Positions 26,341-36,879 of a stretch of DNA of 64,000 nucleotides are shown here, one piece after another; the stretch's first letter is position 1; every line of letters starts with the position of its first letter. The notes beneath the pieces were generated by a model. The model was not told the origin of the DNA, searched no databases, and worked only from the letters and a program-made list of their open reading frames with translations. The position numbers and the translations under genes were made by a program. Source of the stretch: Acidobacteriota bacterium (GTDB taxonomy: Bacteria > Acidobacteriota > Vicinamibacteria > Vicinamibacterales > UBA2999); assembly GCA_016210845.1 (NCBI GenBank), contig JACQTK010000041.1, forward strand, positions 1,781 to 65,780. Direction: 5' to 3'.

Positions 26341-27965
26341 TCGTGCCCACCAGCGCCTCGAAATCGCCCTCACCGACCGCGCGCAGATATGGCTTCTGGC
26401 TTTCCTCGTAGACGGGGTAGAGCGTGAACCGCACCCCCAGCCGTGATAACTCCGCCTTGACGCGCTCCGGCCGATCCTGGAGAAGCGCGACGATATCAGC
26501 AACCTGCTGCGTCACCCAGCTGGGAATCACGGTGACGCGTCTGGCGTCGAGAGGAACGTCGAGTGCCGCGATTTCGGCCTCGACCGTGGCCAGCTCGCGT
26601 TCGCGCTCTCTGAGCGCCTGCAGGACCGTCGTACTGGCCATGCCGCTTTCGATCGCGGCCAGCAAATGCCGGATCTTCTGGCCGAGCGCGTCGCGTTGGT
26701 GGAGCAACGTCTCGCGCCGGCTGGGCCGCGTCTCGACGGCCTCCTGGACCGCCGAGGAGAGCCGCGATGTACTCGAGTGTCTCCAGTCGGGTAATTTCCG
26801 CCTGCACACCAGCGAGCAGCGCGCGCTCGGCGTCCTCGGCGCGCGCCGTGACCCGGTTGGTGCAAACCGCTTGGCCGTTCTTCGCGTAGTTGCTACAGCC
26901 GTAGTAGCGGTACACCCGATCGCGATACAGGTGCTGCGAGACGATGCTCACGGCCCGGCCGCACTCCCCACACCGCAGGAATCCGCTGAACACAGCGCGA
27001 CCGTGTATCACCCCGCACCGACCACGGAGGAGGCTTCGACCGGGCTGTCGATGACTCGAAAGGGCGTGTGTCAATGCCTGCCGGCGACGCTGAACGCGCG
27101 CCCACATGGCGTCGTCGACGATGCGAAGGTCGGGTCGCTCCGCGATCTGCCACTCGCTGCGTGCGACGGGGCGCTGGATCTTCGCGCGCGTGCCCGGCTT
27201 CCGCTCCGTGCGCGTCCGCCCCCAGATCAGCCGGCCTAAGTACCGCTGGTTCACGAGCAGTCGGCGGACTGCCGCGATGCGCCACCCGCCGAGGCTCCCC
27301 CCGCCACGCGGGGCGGGGGCGCCTGCCTCGTGCAGCTTCGCGACGATCGCCGGCAGCGTCAGGCCCTCGGCATACCACTCGAAGATCTGCCGCACGTAGG
27401 CTGCTTCGGTCGGCTCGATCTCCACGCGATACCCGAGGGGCACATCAGGACACGTGGGATCGGGACCTCGGACCGTGCGGTAGCCGTAGGTAACCCCACC
27501 GGTGGCAAACCCACGGGTCAACTGGCCGCTGAGGCCGCGCCGAATCTTGGCCGCGGACTCCTGAAGATACAGACCGTCCACAAGGCCATGCACGATGAGC
27601 AACGTCTCGTACTGCGCGCTGTGGCTGTCGATCTGTTGCGAGATGTAGATCACGCGAATACGGGCAAACGTCAGTTGCTGGACGACGCGCAAGGCGTCAG
27701 GCAGGTAACGTGCGACCCGGCTGCTGTCGTCGACAAGCAGGACGTCGAACGGCGGGGGAATGACTGCTGCGGCCGTGAGGAGGGCGTGCAAGCCGCGTCG
27801 GCCCTCCATGGACGCCCCGGACATGCCGGCGTCCCTGTACACGTGCTCAGCCTGCCAAGTCCAGCCCTGACGCTCGGCGTACTCTCGGCAATTGCGGATC
27901 TGATCGTCCAGCGAGGTTTCCCGCTGCAGGTCGGATGAGAATCGGGCGTAGCAGGCGCATCGCAT
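26340..27965 (-). pseudogene. large serine recombinase (integrase), apparently frameshifted near 26.77 kb
   Basis: MRCACYARFSSDLQ... resolvase domain, recombinase domain and zinc ribbon (CGECG...C..C) occupy the frame of ORF 26496..27986. The coiled-coil/C-terminal part (…LHQRDALGQKIRHLLAAIESG…VRFTLYP…) continues in the frame of ORF 26126..26809. Confidence 0.8.
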
Positions 27966-28437
27966 GGCAGGGGAGTCTACACTCAAGCGGCCGATCGCTG
28001 CTCGCGCAACAATCGCTCCAGCAGTGCGGGCACGATCACGGCGTCGATGAACCGCTGCAACTCCGGAGATGAGGGCCGCGGCTCCCTGTTTGCACGTGCG
28101 GAGGTCGTGTGGGTGGTTCGTCGTTCACCATCCTGAGCCATGTGTGACCAGCAGCGCTGATCCGGCACGCATGCCGAACCGGGCCGATCGCGCGCTCGTC
28201 ATGCCGACGATGTCACGCGTCTCGTTACGCAGCATCGGGATCGCTCCCGTCGCAGGAGTCGAGGGTGAGGGTGACTGCGGGTCGCAGGCAGTCCCCTCTT
28301 GGAATGACGAACTGGTAGCTCTTGCCGGCGTGGAGCGTCAGCCGACGCCGCTCCTGGCCGATCACTTCGCAGGTCAGCGTGAACTCGAAAAAGCCGTGCT
28401 TCAAGCCGTCGTGAATTTCCGCGAGCAGGAGTTGGTG

Positions 28438-29150
28438 GGCCGTCCGGGCAAGCAGCCCGACGGCTCCGCCAGGACGCGCGAGGTCAAGCTGTGCACGGTC
28501 TGGAGTGCCGAGGGCCGCGACGAGGACGGCACACCCGTGCGCGACGAGGGGTCGATCAGCTACTCGGCCGCCATCGAGAGCGCGGCCCAGAAGGACACCG
28601 ACGAGGTGCCGAGCGAGTTCGCGGCGCGCGTCGAGCGCGAAACCACGCGGCGCGCCTTCGACCGCGCGGCGCGCCGGGCCGTGCTCGGCGATGGGGCCAC
28701 GTGGATCTGGAACCTCGCCACCGAGCACTACCCTGACGCTGTCCAGATCGTCGACCGCTTCCACGCCAAGCAGCACCTCTCGGACGTGAGCAAGTCCGTC
28801 TACGGGGCGGGCAGCGACCGGGGCGCGCAGTGGGCGCGCGCGCGCCACGACGAGTTGGACGCTGGCGACATCGATGCCGTCCTGACCGCCGTACGCGTGC
28901 ACGCGCCGAAAGACGAGGAGGCGCGCACGTGCGTCGGGTATGTCGAGGACAACCGTGCCCGCATGCGCTACGCCGAGTTCCGGGCGGCGGGGCTGTGCAC
29001 CTCGACCGGGGTCGTCGAGGCGGGATGCAAGGTCGCGATCGGGACGCGCCTCAAGCGCGCCGGCATGCACTGGACCGTGGCGGGCGCCGACGCCATCATC
29101 CCGCTGCTGCAAGCTCAGCGGACGCTTCGAGGACTTCTGGGAGCGCCGCG
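28438..29150 (+). pseudogene. ISKra4-family transposase fragment (N-terminus missing, 3' frameshift)
   Basis: Reads ...LGDGATWIWNLATEHYPDAVQIVDRFHAKQHL...RMRYAEFRAAGLCTSTGVVEAGCKVAIGTRLKRAGMHWTV. The terminal ...CCKLSGRFEDFWERR lies in another frame (ORF 28940..29173). Confidence 0.6.
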
Positions 29151-29151
29151 C

Positions 29152-29790
29152 TCAGCACCGGCTGGCCGCATGACCGCCCGTCATCTCACAATCGTGACGT
29201 GCGCCCGGGTCCGCCTTCGGATCCGGCAGCACGTAGTCCCGGATGTCCCCCGTCCGGGGATCGAGCCGCCCGATGCGGTTCGGGACACTGCGGTCGGTGT
29301 ACCAGACGTTGCCGTCCCGATCCAGGTAAGGCTCCTGAGCCCGGCGTGAGGTGTTGTTCTTGTCGAGCTCTGGATCGAGAGGCAGGTAGTACTCGACGTA
29401 CATCGCCTGGGCCAACGCCCGTTCGTCGACAGGGTAATCGACATCCACACGAAGCGCGCGGCGCGCGCTGCCCGGGCCGAAGTTCGCCGTCAGGTAGCTG
29501 AGGATGGCTTCCCGGTCGGTCTGACTCACGGTGCCCTGCGGAACCATGGTCGCCTGGTTCGCGGTTCTGCTGGTCATCAGCGTGATGGCGCTGTTCCACT
29601 GCGCCGCCGTCAGTTGGCGAGACGGAAGAAGTTGGGGCCATGGCAGTAGACGCAGTGCTTCAAGAGCGCGTCCCGCTCCGGTCCGGCGGGATACAGCTCG
29701 TCATGGGGCACCAGGGGAATCCCTCGGGCGTTCAACGCCGATTGCTGGGCCTCGGCCGGAACCTCCTTCGATCTCGGTCAGCGCATCGAA
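29152..29790 (-). pseudogene. remnant of a cytochrome c + beta-propeller protein, frameshifted and 3'-truncated by the IS fragment
   Basis: Heme motif KHCVYCHG (about 29.64 kb) is in one frame. RQLTAAQWNSAITLM...REAILSYLTANFGP...NVWYTDRSVPNRIGRLDPRTGD is in the next frame (ORF 29152..29577). Confidence 0.5.
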
Positions 29791-29839
29791 CAGCTTCGGG
29801 CGGTGAGCACACTGGTGTACAACGATGGTCTCCGAGGGA

Positions 29840-30289
29840 ATGGCCAAGATCGGTCGCAACGACCCCTGTCACTGCGGGAGTGGCCTGAAGTACAAGCGGT
29901 GCTGCCTGCCGCGTGAGGAAGCCGCCGCCGCCGCGCGGGCCGTGACGCGTGCGCGCGAGGCGGCACCCGGCCTCGCCACCTCGGTGGAGATCGTAGCGGA
30001 GAACGATGGCCTCGACGAGGCGTCGAATCGCCCGATCGACCTCATCGACGCGGGACGACTTGACGAGGCTGAACAGGCGGCCTACGACCTCCTACAACGC
30101 TACCCCCAGGTGCACGATGGGCTCGAACGCCTGGCGATGGTCTACGCCGCCCGCGGCGATCGCGTCCGTGCCGCCGAGTACTATCGCAAGGCTGCGGACT
30201 TCGTCCTCGTGCACGGCGATCCGTACGACCTTGCGATGCACACCTATCTGCGAAAGCGGGCGGCGGCATTGGACCCGCCGATTCGGTGA
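29840..30289 (+). CDS. SEC-C motif protein
   Basis: MAKIGRNDPCHCGSGLKYKRCC is a SecA-type metal-binding motif at the N-terminus, followed by a helical TPR-like remainder. GAGGG lies upstream. Confidence 0.7.
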   Translation: MAKIGRNDPCHCGSGLKYKRCCLPREEAAAAARAVTRAREAAPGLATSVEIVAENDGLDEASNRPIDLIDAGRLDEAEQAAYDLLQRYPQVHDGLERLAMVYAARGDRVRAAEYYRKAADFVLVHGDPYDLAMHTYLRKRAAALDPPIR

Positions 30290-30430
30290 GTGGTCAGGCG
30301 GTCAGGCTACGTGAGGGAGCGAAGAGTCGGTCCCTCGCCGTCCGTGATTCACAGGTCGAAATAGACCCTCAACGACTGTGGCGATTCTGACTCGCCTGAC
30401 ATTTCGTGCAGTTTGAATCGAGGAACACAG

Positions 30431-30676
30431 ATGACAGACGAAGATCTGAGAGCGGAGCTCGAGCGGCTCAAGGCGGAAAATGAGCGCCTCAGGAGCCAAC
30501 GTGGTCGCGTCAGCCTCAAGGTCAGCGAGAAAGGGGGCGTGTCGGTCTATGGGCTCGGTCGCTTTCCCGTGACGCTCTATAAGGAGCAGTGGACCAAGTT
30601 GCTCGCAATGGCCGACGAAATTCTGGCGTTCATCAAGGAGCACGACGCGGAGCTGAAGGCAAAGCCGGAAGCATAG
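30431..30676 (+). CDS. small hypothetical protein (phage/plasmid-like)
   Basis: ATG preceded by GAGGA. Has a coiled-coil N-terminus, then VSVYGLGRFPVTLYKEQW. Lies in an AT-richer stretch. Confidence 0.5.
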   Translation: MTDEDLRAELERLKAENERLRSQRGRVSLKVSEKGGVSVYGLGRFPVTLYKEQWTKLLAMADEILAFIKEHDAELKAKPEA

Positions 30677-30997
30677 GGGATCGCCATAACGTGAGCCGGC
30701 AGTGGCGGCGCATCCGCGGGCCGTGCCGAGGCGGACCGAAGCTACGGCGTGTCCTACCGAACTCCCGGCCGCGCGGCGTCCTAAACGCCGGCCGATCGTC
30801 GCGTGCTGCTGACCATGACAGCAGACCGACCGAGGCGCGTTCACGAAGCGGAATGGTGGAAGCTCGAACGCGAGTTCCTGCGCGCATCCCCTTTTTGGCG
30901 TGCCAAAGGAGTGTTCGCGCGGAGTTGCCGCCGAAGATTCGGGTGAAAGTTGTGATTCGTTGACCCAAGTCGTATCTCGGGCGTACTCTTCCAGTGA

Positions 30998-31378
30998 ATG
31001 GCCAGCCGGAAAACTACCGGGCGGATACCGACACCAAAGGCCGCCAGCCTGGCAAATCTGCGCCGTGGGGGCGGCCGGCCGAGAGGCGTGCCGAACAAGG
31101 TGACCCGCGAGGTGCGCGAACTGGCACAGCGGCTGTTTGATGAGGCGTACTGGAAGCGGACGCAGCAGCGCCTGGCTCAGGGCCGACTCGCGCCGGCCGT
31201 CGAATGCCGCTTGTTGGCGTACGCGTATGGCGAGCCAAAGACGCAGCCGCAGCCTCCACAGTGGAATTTGGATCCGACGGCCTTGGCAAAGCTCTCGAAC
31301 GAGGACCTCGAGCGGGCCCTGCAACACGCGGAGGCCATCCAGACAATTCTGGGCGACGGGCCAGCGCAGGCGGAGTAA
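30998..31378 (+). CDS. hypothetical protein, phage-like (basic N-terminus GGGRPRGVPNKVT, ...LLAYAYGEP...)
   Basis: Track ORF. The pattern is reminiscent of small phage DNA-binding or terminase-small-subunit-like proteins; this is weak. Confidence 0.45.
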   Translation: MASRKTTGRIPTPKAASLANLRRGGGRPRGVPNKVTREVRELAQRLFDEAYWKRTQQRLAQGRLAPAVECRLLAYAYGEPKTQPQPPQWNLDPTALAKLSNEDLERALQHAEAIQTILGDGPAQAE

Positions 31379-31503
31379 CTCAAGCTTAAACTCAAGCCAG
31401 GCTCGATTTTGGGGGCACCGTGACCCTTCTTCGGGTGCCGATCGACGTGCCTGGGGCAACGTCGCAAGCCGAAAAATCGTGCCGCTTTCTGCCGCGCACA
31501 CTC

Positions 31504-31690
31504 CTAGCCTACTGGCGCCGTCGTCCCTGAACGTCCGCCGTGCTGGGCCGTCCGCAGGTAGTTATCGATCTCGTAAGGACTGAACCGGAAGTGGCCACGT
31601 TTCCCAAAGCGCGGAAGGTGCGGCACAGGATACGCGGCGCTGATCTTCCTCACCTGACTGCGTACTTCGTGAACGCGGAGCCCGCCGCTT
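31504..31690 (-). pseudogene. excisionase-type HTH fragment (no start codon)
   Basis: Tail of ORF 31504..32091 reads ...VHEVRSQVRKISAAYPVPHLPRFGKRGHFRFSPYEIDNYLR, which resembles Xis/AlpA-family DNA-binding domains. It overlaps the end of the NHL gene. Confidence 0.35.
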
Positions 31691-32804
31691 CGAGCGATGC
31701 CGGCCCCTCGGCCGCGTACACGTTGCCGTCGGCGTCGACTGCCACGCCCTCGCCTGCCACACCCTGGTACGGCCGGCTGTCGGACTCCCACGGCGGAATA
31801 AAGCCCACGATCCAGTCCCGGTCGACGTGTCCGATGCGGATGCCGTCTCTCCAGTTGGGGTGGTTGGTCATCGCCGACTCGGAGTCGATGGTGTAGACCA
31901 TGTCGTCGTCGGTGATGTAGAGCCCGCTGATGCGACCGTACGCGTAGCGCGAGTCCAGGTAGTTGCCCTCCTGGTCGTAAATCTCGAGACGATGGTTGCC
32001 GCGGTCGGCGATCCAGAGCCGGCCCTGGGAGTCGAACTCCAGTGCGTGCGGCGTGCGGAACTCCCCGTGCAGCGTGCCGATCTGGCCCCACTCCATGAGG
32101 TACTTGCCCTCAGGCGAGAACTTGACGATGCGGGCCGTCATCGCGGCGGCACGTCCCTCGGCAATCGCCTGGGCCGACGTCATTCCCTGACCGCTGTGGC
32201 CGTCGGCCACGTAGATGCTCCCATCCGGGCCGACGATGACGTCGTTTGGCTGGTTGAGCTGGCCGGGGACACTACCTGGCTGACCCGCGACGCCGAGGCT
32301 CAGGAGCAGCTCTCCTGTCGGGCTGAACTTGTGGACCTGGTGCCCCTTCGTGCCGGTCGCGTTTCCGGCGAAGTCGGTGACCCAAACGTTGCCCTCCTGG
32401 TCCACGTGGATGCCGTGCGGGGTCACGAAGACACCGGCGCCGAAGTTCTCGAGGATCTCCCCCGTGTTCCGGTCGAATTTGAAGATCGGATCCACCGGGT
32501 TGTTGTCGCAGTTCACCCCCGGCCCTCCGGCCGAGCCCGAGCCGCACCGCTCGTAGGCCCAGACGTGCCCGTCGGTCGGGTCGATGTCGATGCCGGCCGT
32601 CGAGCCCCACTCGCGTCCTTCGGGCAGGGTCGCCCAGTTCCCGATCCGCGTCGGGTTCGGGTTCGGGATTCCCTGGCCCGTGATCGGGTTCGGGTACGTC
32701 TCCGTTTCTTCCGTTCCCGAGTTCGCTGGGTCCGCCGCACAGCCCGTGAGGACGGCGCCGGAGAAGGCGGCGAGCGCAAAGATCAGAGCGCGGCGCAGTG
32801 ACAT
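31650..32804 (-). CDS. NHL-repeat six-bladed beta-propeller lipoprotein
   Basis: Internal ATG (MSLRRALIFALAAFSGAVLTGC) of ORF 31650..32870. Has repeated ...P.G...D..GN.WV.D... blades. Confidence 0.8.
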   Translation of the reverse strand: MSLRRALIFALAAFSGAVLTGCAADPANSGTEETETYPNPITGQGIPNPNPTRIGNWATLPEGREWGSTAGIDIDPTDGHVWAYERCGSGSAGGPGVNCDNNPVDPIFKFDRNTGEILENFGAGVFVTPHGIHVDQEGNVWVTDFAGNATGTKGHQVHKFSPTGELLLSLGVAGQPGSVPGQLNQPNDVIVGPDGSIYVADGHSGQGMTSAQAIAEGRAAAMTARIVKFSPEGKYLMEWGQIGTLHGEFRTPHALEFDSQGRLWIADRGNHRLEIYDQEGNYLDSRYAYGRISGLYITDDDMVYTIDSESAMTNHPNWRDGIRIGHVDRDWIVGFIPPWESDSRPYQGVAGEGVAVDADGNVYAAEGPASLEAAGSAFTKYAVR

Positions 32805-32894
32805 GGAAGCCTCCTTCGCGGTGAAAAGCGGAAAATCAATAATTCTCCCGGACCGGCTGCCTTCGGTCAAACGTGCGGCCGATCCGGGCGAAAG

Positions 32895-33320
32895 TCAGGC
32901 GCTTGCCGAGAAGGTTTGTCCCGGCACATGTCCGGAGGCCATCCGCCGCGCGGCCGTGCTCTTCGAGACGCCCCACAGGTCCGCTGCCTGCCGCACCGTG
33001 AGACCCGCTGCAGCCACCTGGGACGGCGTTTGGCGTCGAGGTCGGCCGGCAAAGCCCTCTTCCCTTGCGCCTTGGCGCGTTGTAGGCCCGCCGGGACGCG
33101 GGGTGCGGTTGGCTGACTTGGTCGAGTTCGAGAAGTAGCCCTTCGACCCGTCCGCGGTGGGGAAGCGTTCCGGTAAACCCTTTCCTTTCGCCCGTATTAC
33201 GGATCGCCCGATAACCGCCTTTTCGCCTCTCACAGCAGGTTGTCCCCAAAGGGGTTGTTTGAGGAACGATAGGCCGGCGGTCACAGCCGGCGGCGCCATG
33301 CCGACCCCCACGTTCGGCAA
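32895..33320 (-). pseudogene. possible HTH remnant (resolvase/transposase-type)
   Basis: Only the C-terminal ...GRPRRQTPSQVAAAGLTVRQAADLWGVSKSTAARRM looks protein-like. Confidence 0.25.
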
Positions 33321-33438
33321 GCACAGCGTATCGACGGAGGTCGTAACGCGTTAGCACTCCCTGGGTCTTCCTCGCCGCCTTCCTTCTCGGACCCTAAGGG
33401 CAGCCCGTAAGCCCATGTAGAATCGGCCGGGACCACTG

Positions 33439-36400
33439 ATGAAGATTCTTGCCGATCGATTCGTCCTCTCCGATGCCGAACCTCGGAAGGGGGGCATGGC
33501 CGAGGTCTATCGAGCGGCCGATCACCAAGACAACCTAAAGCCGGTCGCGATCAAGTTCATGAAGGGTTCTCGGATTCACGACGACCGAATCCTGCGAGAA
33601 GCCTTCAGCCGGGAGTTGTCGGCACTGCACGAGCTCGACCACCCCAACATCGTCAAGATCATCGACTTCGATCCACGTTACGACCCTCCATATATGGTGC
33701 TCGAGTGGCTGGATCGCGACCTCGGCGCGTACCTCGACACAATCGTGCTCCGCGGCTGGGATGACTTCTACGCCAGGATCGGCCGTCCCGTTCTCGACGC
33801 GCTTTCGTATGCGCTGACCAAGCGCCTTGTGCATCGCGACCTCAAGCCGGGCAATGTCCTCTTTGACGACCATGGCACGCCGAAGGTCGCGGACTTTGGA
33901 ATCTCCAGGTTTTGCGTTCAGGGTCCGGGAGGCCTCACTCTGGCTGCTTTCAAGTCCGAACCGTACGCTCCGTTCGAGGAGTCCGCGTCCTACGAGTCCC
34001 GCGACCCCTACTCGTTTGCTGTGCTCGCGCTTCGTTGCTTCGCTATGCGTGAGCTGACTTCGCACGAGGAGGTTGCAGCCGCGCTCCGAGACTTTGTGGG
34101 CCCGCCCGAGATTAAAGAAGTGCTGCACCGAGCGCTGCATCAGGAATCGGCGGCGCGCTTTCCCAGCATCGTCGAACTGCAGGGTGCGTTGGAGAGAATA
34201 GGGGCTGCGGATCGAGGTCAGCAGAAGGATGTTCGCGTCTGCTATGTCGTCGTGTTCGACCAGGCGCTCACTCGCCTCGCTCAACAGATCGGCGAGGACG
34301 ATCTGAGCAAGATCCGACGCGTTCTTGAGCGGGACATGGCCGAATCCTGCTCATTCTTCTTCTGGCGCGACAAGGAGTCCGGAAAGAAAGTAGAGCAGCA
34401 CTTCCTTGCGCGCACCTCTCAATTTGGTCTGAGGTTGGCCGTGCGCGAGAAGTCGGGAGATCACCTCGTCCTGCAGACCGCGTGGCTCGAGGAGTCCGAG
34501 GGGCGCGAAGCACACGGCGACTTCGGCTTTCATGCACCCGTCACGTTTAGGTTCGGCACACCACCCGTTGGATCCGACGGCGTTCCGGTTATCAGGTGGT
34601 TGCTCGACGCCCTCCAACAGCACGAGCTTGACGATGCAGACGCGCGCCGCGCCAGAAAAGAAGAAGAGGTCCTGCGCGAGTGGGCTAGCACGCTACGTTT
34701 CCGTCAGCACCTGGACGAAGGTCGTCATTTGCCGGTCGCCTATGACGGATGTCGCGTTGACGGAAACCGCGTCAGCTTCTCCATCTCTTTGCTGCCGGAC
34801 GGTGTCGTGCTCGATCAGCCACGCATGATCCGCCGCGATCAGCGCACCGTGCTGTCCGGTGTAGTCGACGACATCGCGGTGGATCGTCTTGTCCTCTGGG
34901 TCGAGAGGGGCGTGTCCGAGTTCCCTCCCGAAAAGGGCCAGTTGATCCTCGACGACCGCGCCAGCCGCGTCGCAATCGACAGACAGAAGGGAGCGCTCGA
35001 TGCGGTTCGGTATGGCCGTTGCCTTCGTCCATCCTTGCGGGCGCTGATCCTCGATCCGGGCCAGTCACGAGCGCCCTCACCTTTCGATGACCGAGAAGTG
35101 AAGTGGATCCACACCGAGTTCGACGATGACAAGAAGGTAGCCGTGTCAAAGGCGATGGGGGCTGAAGACGTCCTCGTTGTGCATGGGCCTCCTGGTACAG
35201 GCAAGACCGTCTGCATCACTGAGCTAGTGGCACAACTCCTCGAGCGCAATCCGGACTGCAAGATCCTCTTGACCTCCCAGACTCACGTCGCGCTGGACAA
35301 TGCGCTCGAGCGGCTCCATGCACTGCGCCCCGCCGCACGGCTCCTTCGAGTCGCCCAGCGCGACGACGACCGCGTCTCGGCGAAGGTGCAGGAATTGACG
35401 ATCGATCGCGTCGCGGATCGATGGCGATCCGACGTGGCCAAGGCCTCGGAGGAGTTCCTTGCTTCAGCAGCAACTGAGATGGGTGTTAAGCGCGAGGACA
35501 TCGCCCTCGGCATCGCCGTCGGTCGGCTGCGCGTCGAGTCCGCGGAACTCGACCGCATTCAGGCTCACCTGGACGAGTGCGAGAAGATCCTCTCGGCGGC
35601 CGAGCAGAAACTCGTCGAAGCCCAGGTTGGTCACGTTGCTGACACCTACCCGGAAACGAGTGAAGAAATCGACGAGCTGCGCGAACAGGCGCGGGAGTTA
35701 CGCGAGGACAAGAAGACCGTCGGTGCAAGACGGCGCAAGGCCGCCCGAGCGCTCGAGGCTACTGGCGAGCTTGGTGTTCAGCTGTCGGCTGTTGGGACGA
35801 GCGAACTTGCCGAGTGGGAACTGGGCCTCCTCGCAGGGAGTCCCGCGGACCGGAAGTTCCATGAGATTCTTCGACTTGCGGAGGAGTGGCAGCTCCGCTT
35901 CGGTCGTTCGCGTGAGTTTTATGCAGCGATGATTGCGGACTCGTCGGTGGTGGCGGGCACGTGTCTAGGATTTGCCCGCGTCCCAGGGATGCTCTCAGCC
36001 GAGTTCGACGTCTGCATCGTGGACGAGGCATCGAAGGCAACGCCGACCGAGTTGCTCGTCCCCCTTTCCCTCGCGCGGCGTTGGATTCTCGTGGGGGATC
36101 CGAAGCAGCTCCCACCCTTCGTCGAGGATCTCTTGGACGATCCGGGCCTTCTGAAGGACTACGACCTTGACCGCGAGTCGTTCCAGACGACGTTGCTGGA
36201 TCGCTTCGTAGCTGCTCTCCCTGAAGCGTGTATAGCGTCCCTGAAGACCCAGCATCGCATGATCCAACCTATCGGCGACCTGATCAGCGAGTGCTTCTAC
36301 GGTGGTGCGCTGAACAGCGTCCGTCACGAGCGGGACGAGTGCCTTCGCATGGTGATGCCGAAGCCAGTGACGTGGCTGACAACCGCTCGACTCCAGCGGC

Positions 36401-36879
36401 ACGATGAAACCGAGTTCGACAGAAAAAACTTCAAGAATGTTGGCGAGGCACGAGTCATTGGGCAGTGGCTCCGACGGCTCGACTTCATCGCCAAGGCGGC
36501 CGGAACAACGTACCGCGTGGGGGTGATCAGCGGATACGTCGGCCAATGCACCGAATTACGGCGCATCGTCGCCTCGATCCAGCAGACCAGTTCCGCCCTA
36601 TCCATCGAGTGCAACACGGTGGACGCTTTTCAGGGGCGCGAGGTCGATGTGTGCATCTACTCCGTCACTCGTTGCAACGAACGTGGCGTGATCGGATTCT
36701 TACGTGATGAGCGTCGGATGAACGTCGCACTGTCACGTGGCCGCAGTGGCCTACTGATAGTGGGCGACCATCTCTTCTGCCGTACAGCCAAAAGTCCAAA
36801 CCCGCTGCGCACGGTCGTCACTTACATCGACAATCATCCAGACGATTGCACAATCGAGGAAGTGCGGGCGAACGCATGA
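33439..36879 (+). CDS. Ser/Thr protein kinase fused to an SF1 Upf1/DNA2-like helicase (Mokosh MkoA-like)
   Basis: Kinase motifs: VAIKFMK, HRDLKPGNVLF, DFGISR. Helicase motifs: VVHGPPGTGKT, CIVDEASKAT, ILVGDPKQLPPF, TQHRM, VDAFQGREVDV, NVALSRGR. Confidence 0.9.
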   Translation: MKILADRFVLSDAEPRKGGMAEVYRAADHQDNLKPVAIKFMKGSRIHDDRILREAFSRELSALHELDHPNIVKIIDFDPRYDPPYMVLEWLDRDLGAYLDTIVLRGWDDFYARIGRPVLDALSYALTKRLVHRDLKPGNVLFDDHGTPKVADFGISRFCVQGPGGLTLAAFKSEPYAPFEESASYESRDPYSFAVLALRCFAMRELTSHEEVAAALRDFVGPPEIKEVLHRALHQESAARFPSIVELQGALERIGAADRGQQKDVRVCYVVVFDQALTRLAQQIGEDDLSKIRRVLERDMAESCSFFFWRDKESGKKVEQHFLARTSQFGLRLAVREKSGDHLVLQTAWLEESEGREAHGDFGFHAPVTFRFGTPPVGSDGVPVIRWLLDALQQHELDDADARRARKEEEVLREWASTLRFRQHLDEGRHLPVAYDGCRVDGNRVSFSISLLPDGVVLDQPRMIRRDQRTVLSGVVDDIAVDRLVLWVERGVSEFPPEKGQLILDDRASRVAIDRQKGALDAVRYGRCLRPSLRALILDPGQSRAPSPFDDREVKWIHTEFDDDKKVAVSKAMGAEDVLVVHGPPGTGKTVCITELVAQLLERNPDCKILLTSQTHVALDNALERLHALRPAARLLRVAQRDDDRVSAKVQELTIDRVADRWRSDVAKASEEFLASAATEMGVKREDIALGIAVGRLRVESAELDRIQAHLDECEKILSAAEQKLVEAQVGHVADTYPETSEEIDELREQARELREDKKTVGARRRKAARALEATGELGVQLSAVGTSELAEWELGLLAGSPADRKFHEILRLAEEWQLRFGRSREFYAAMIADSSVVAGTCLGFARVPGMLSAEFDVCIVDEASKATPTELLVPLSLARRWILVGDPKQLPPFVEDLLDDPGLLKDYDLDRESFQTTLLDRFVAALPEACIASLKTQHRMIQPIGDLISECFYGGALNSVRHERDECLRMVMPKPVTWLTTARLQRHDETEFDRKNFKNVGEARVIGQWLRRLDFIAKAAGTTYRVGVISGYVGQCTELRRIVASIQQTSSALSIECNTVDAFQGREVDVCIYSVTRCNERGVIGFLRDERRMNVALSRGRSGLLIVGDHLFCRTAKSPNPLRTVVTYIDNHPDDCTIEEVRANA

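Noticed and set aside
26291-26345. tRNA or tmRNA as the integration target at the island edges (also checked 45150-45476), and tRNA/rRNA genes generally.
   Set aside because: By eye I found no T-loop (GGTTCGAATCC-like) or cloverleaf-compatible sequence. The left junction lies in a protein-coding gene. My scan was not exhaustive.
26740-26800. Programmed ribosomal frameshifting in the two serine recombinases.
   Set aside because: I see no slippery heptamer or downstream pseudoknot at either site. Decay or sequencing error is the simpler explanation, given the other broken genes in the island.
27983-28168. 61-aa ORF directly upstream of the serine integrase, as a possible directionality factor.
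   Set aside because: No motif is recognised and the N-terminal half is low complexity. Position alone is not sufficient evidence.
28225-28440. Minus-strand fragment …AEIHDGLKHGFFEFTLTCEVIGQERRRLTLHAGKSYQFVIPRGD… next to the IS fragment.
   Set aside because: It looks protein-like but has no start and no recognisable family. It is likely another truncated remnant and cannot be supported as a gene.
30302-31501. 399-aa minus-strand ORF in the island.
   Set aside because: It has no motifs. It lies antisense to two plus-strand ORFs with better start contexts and protein-like sequence.
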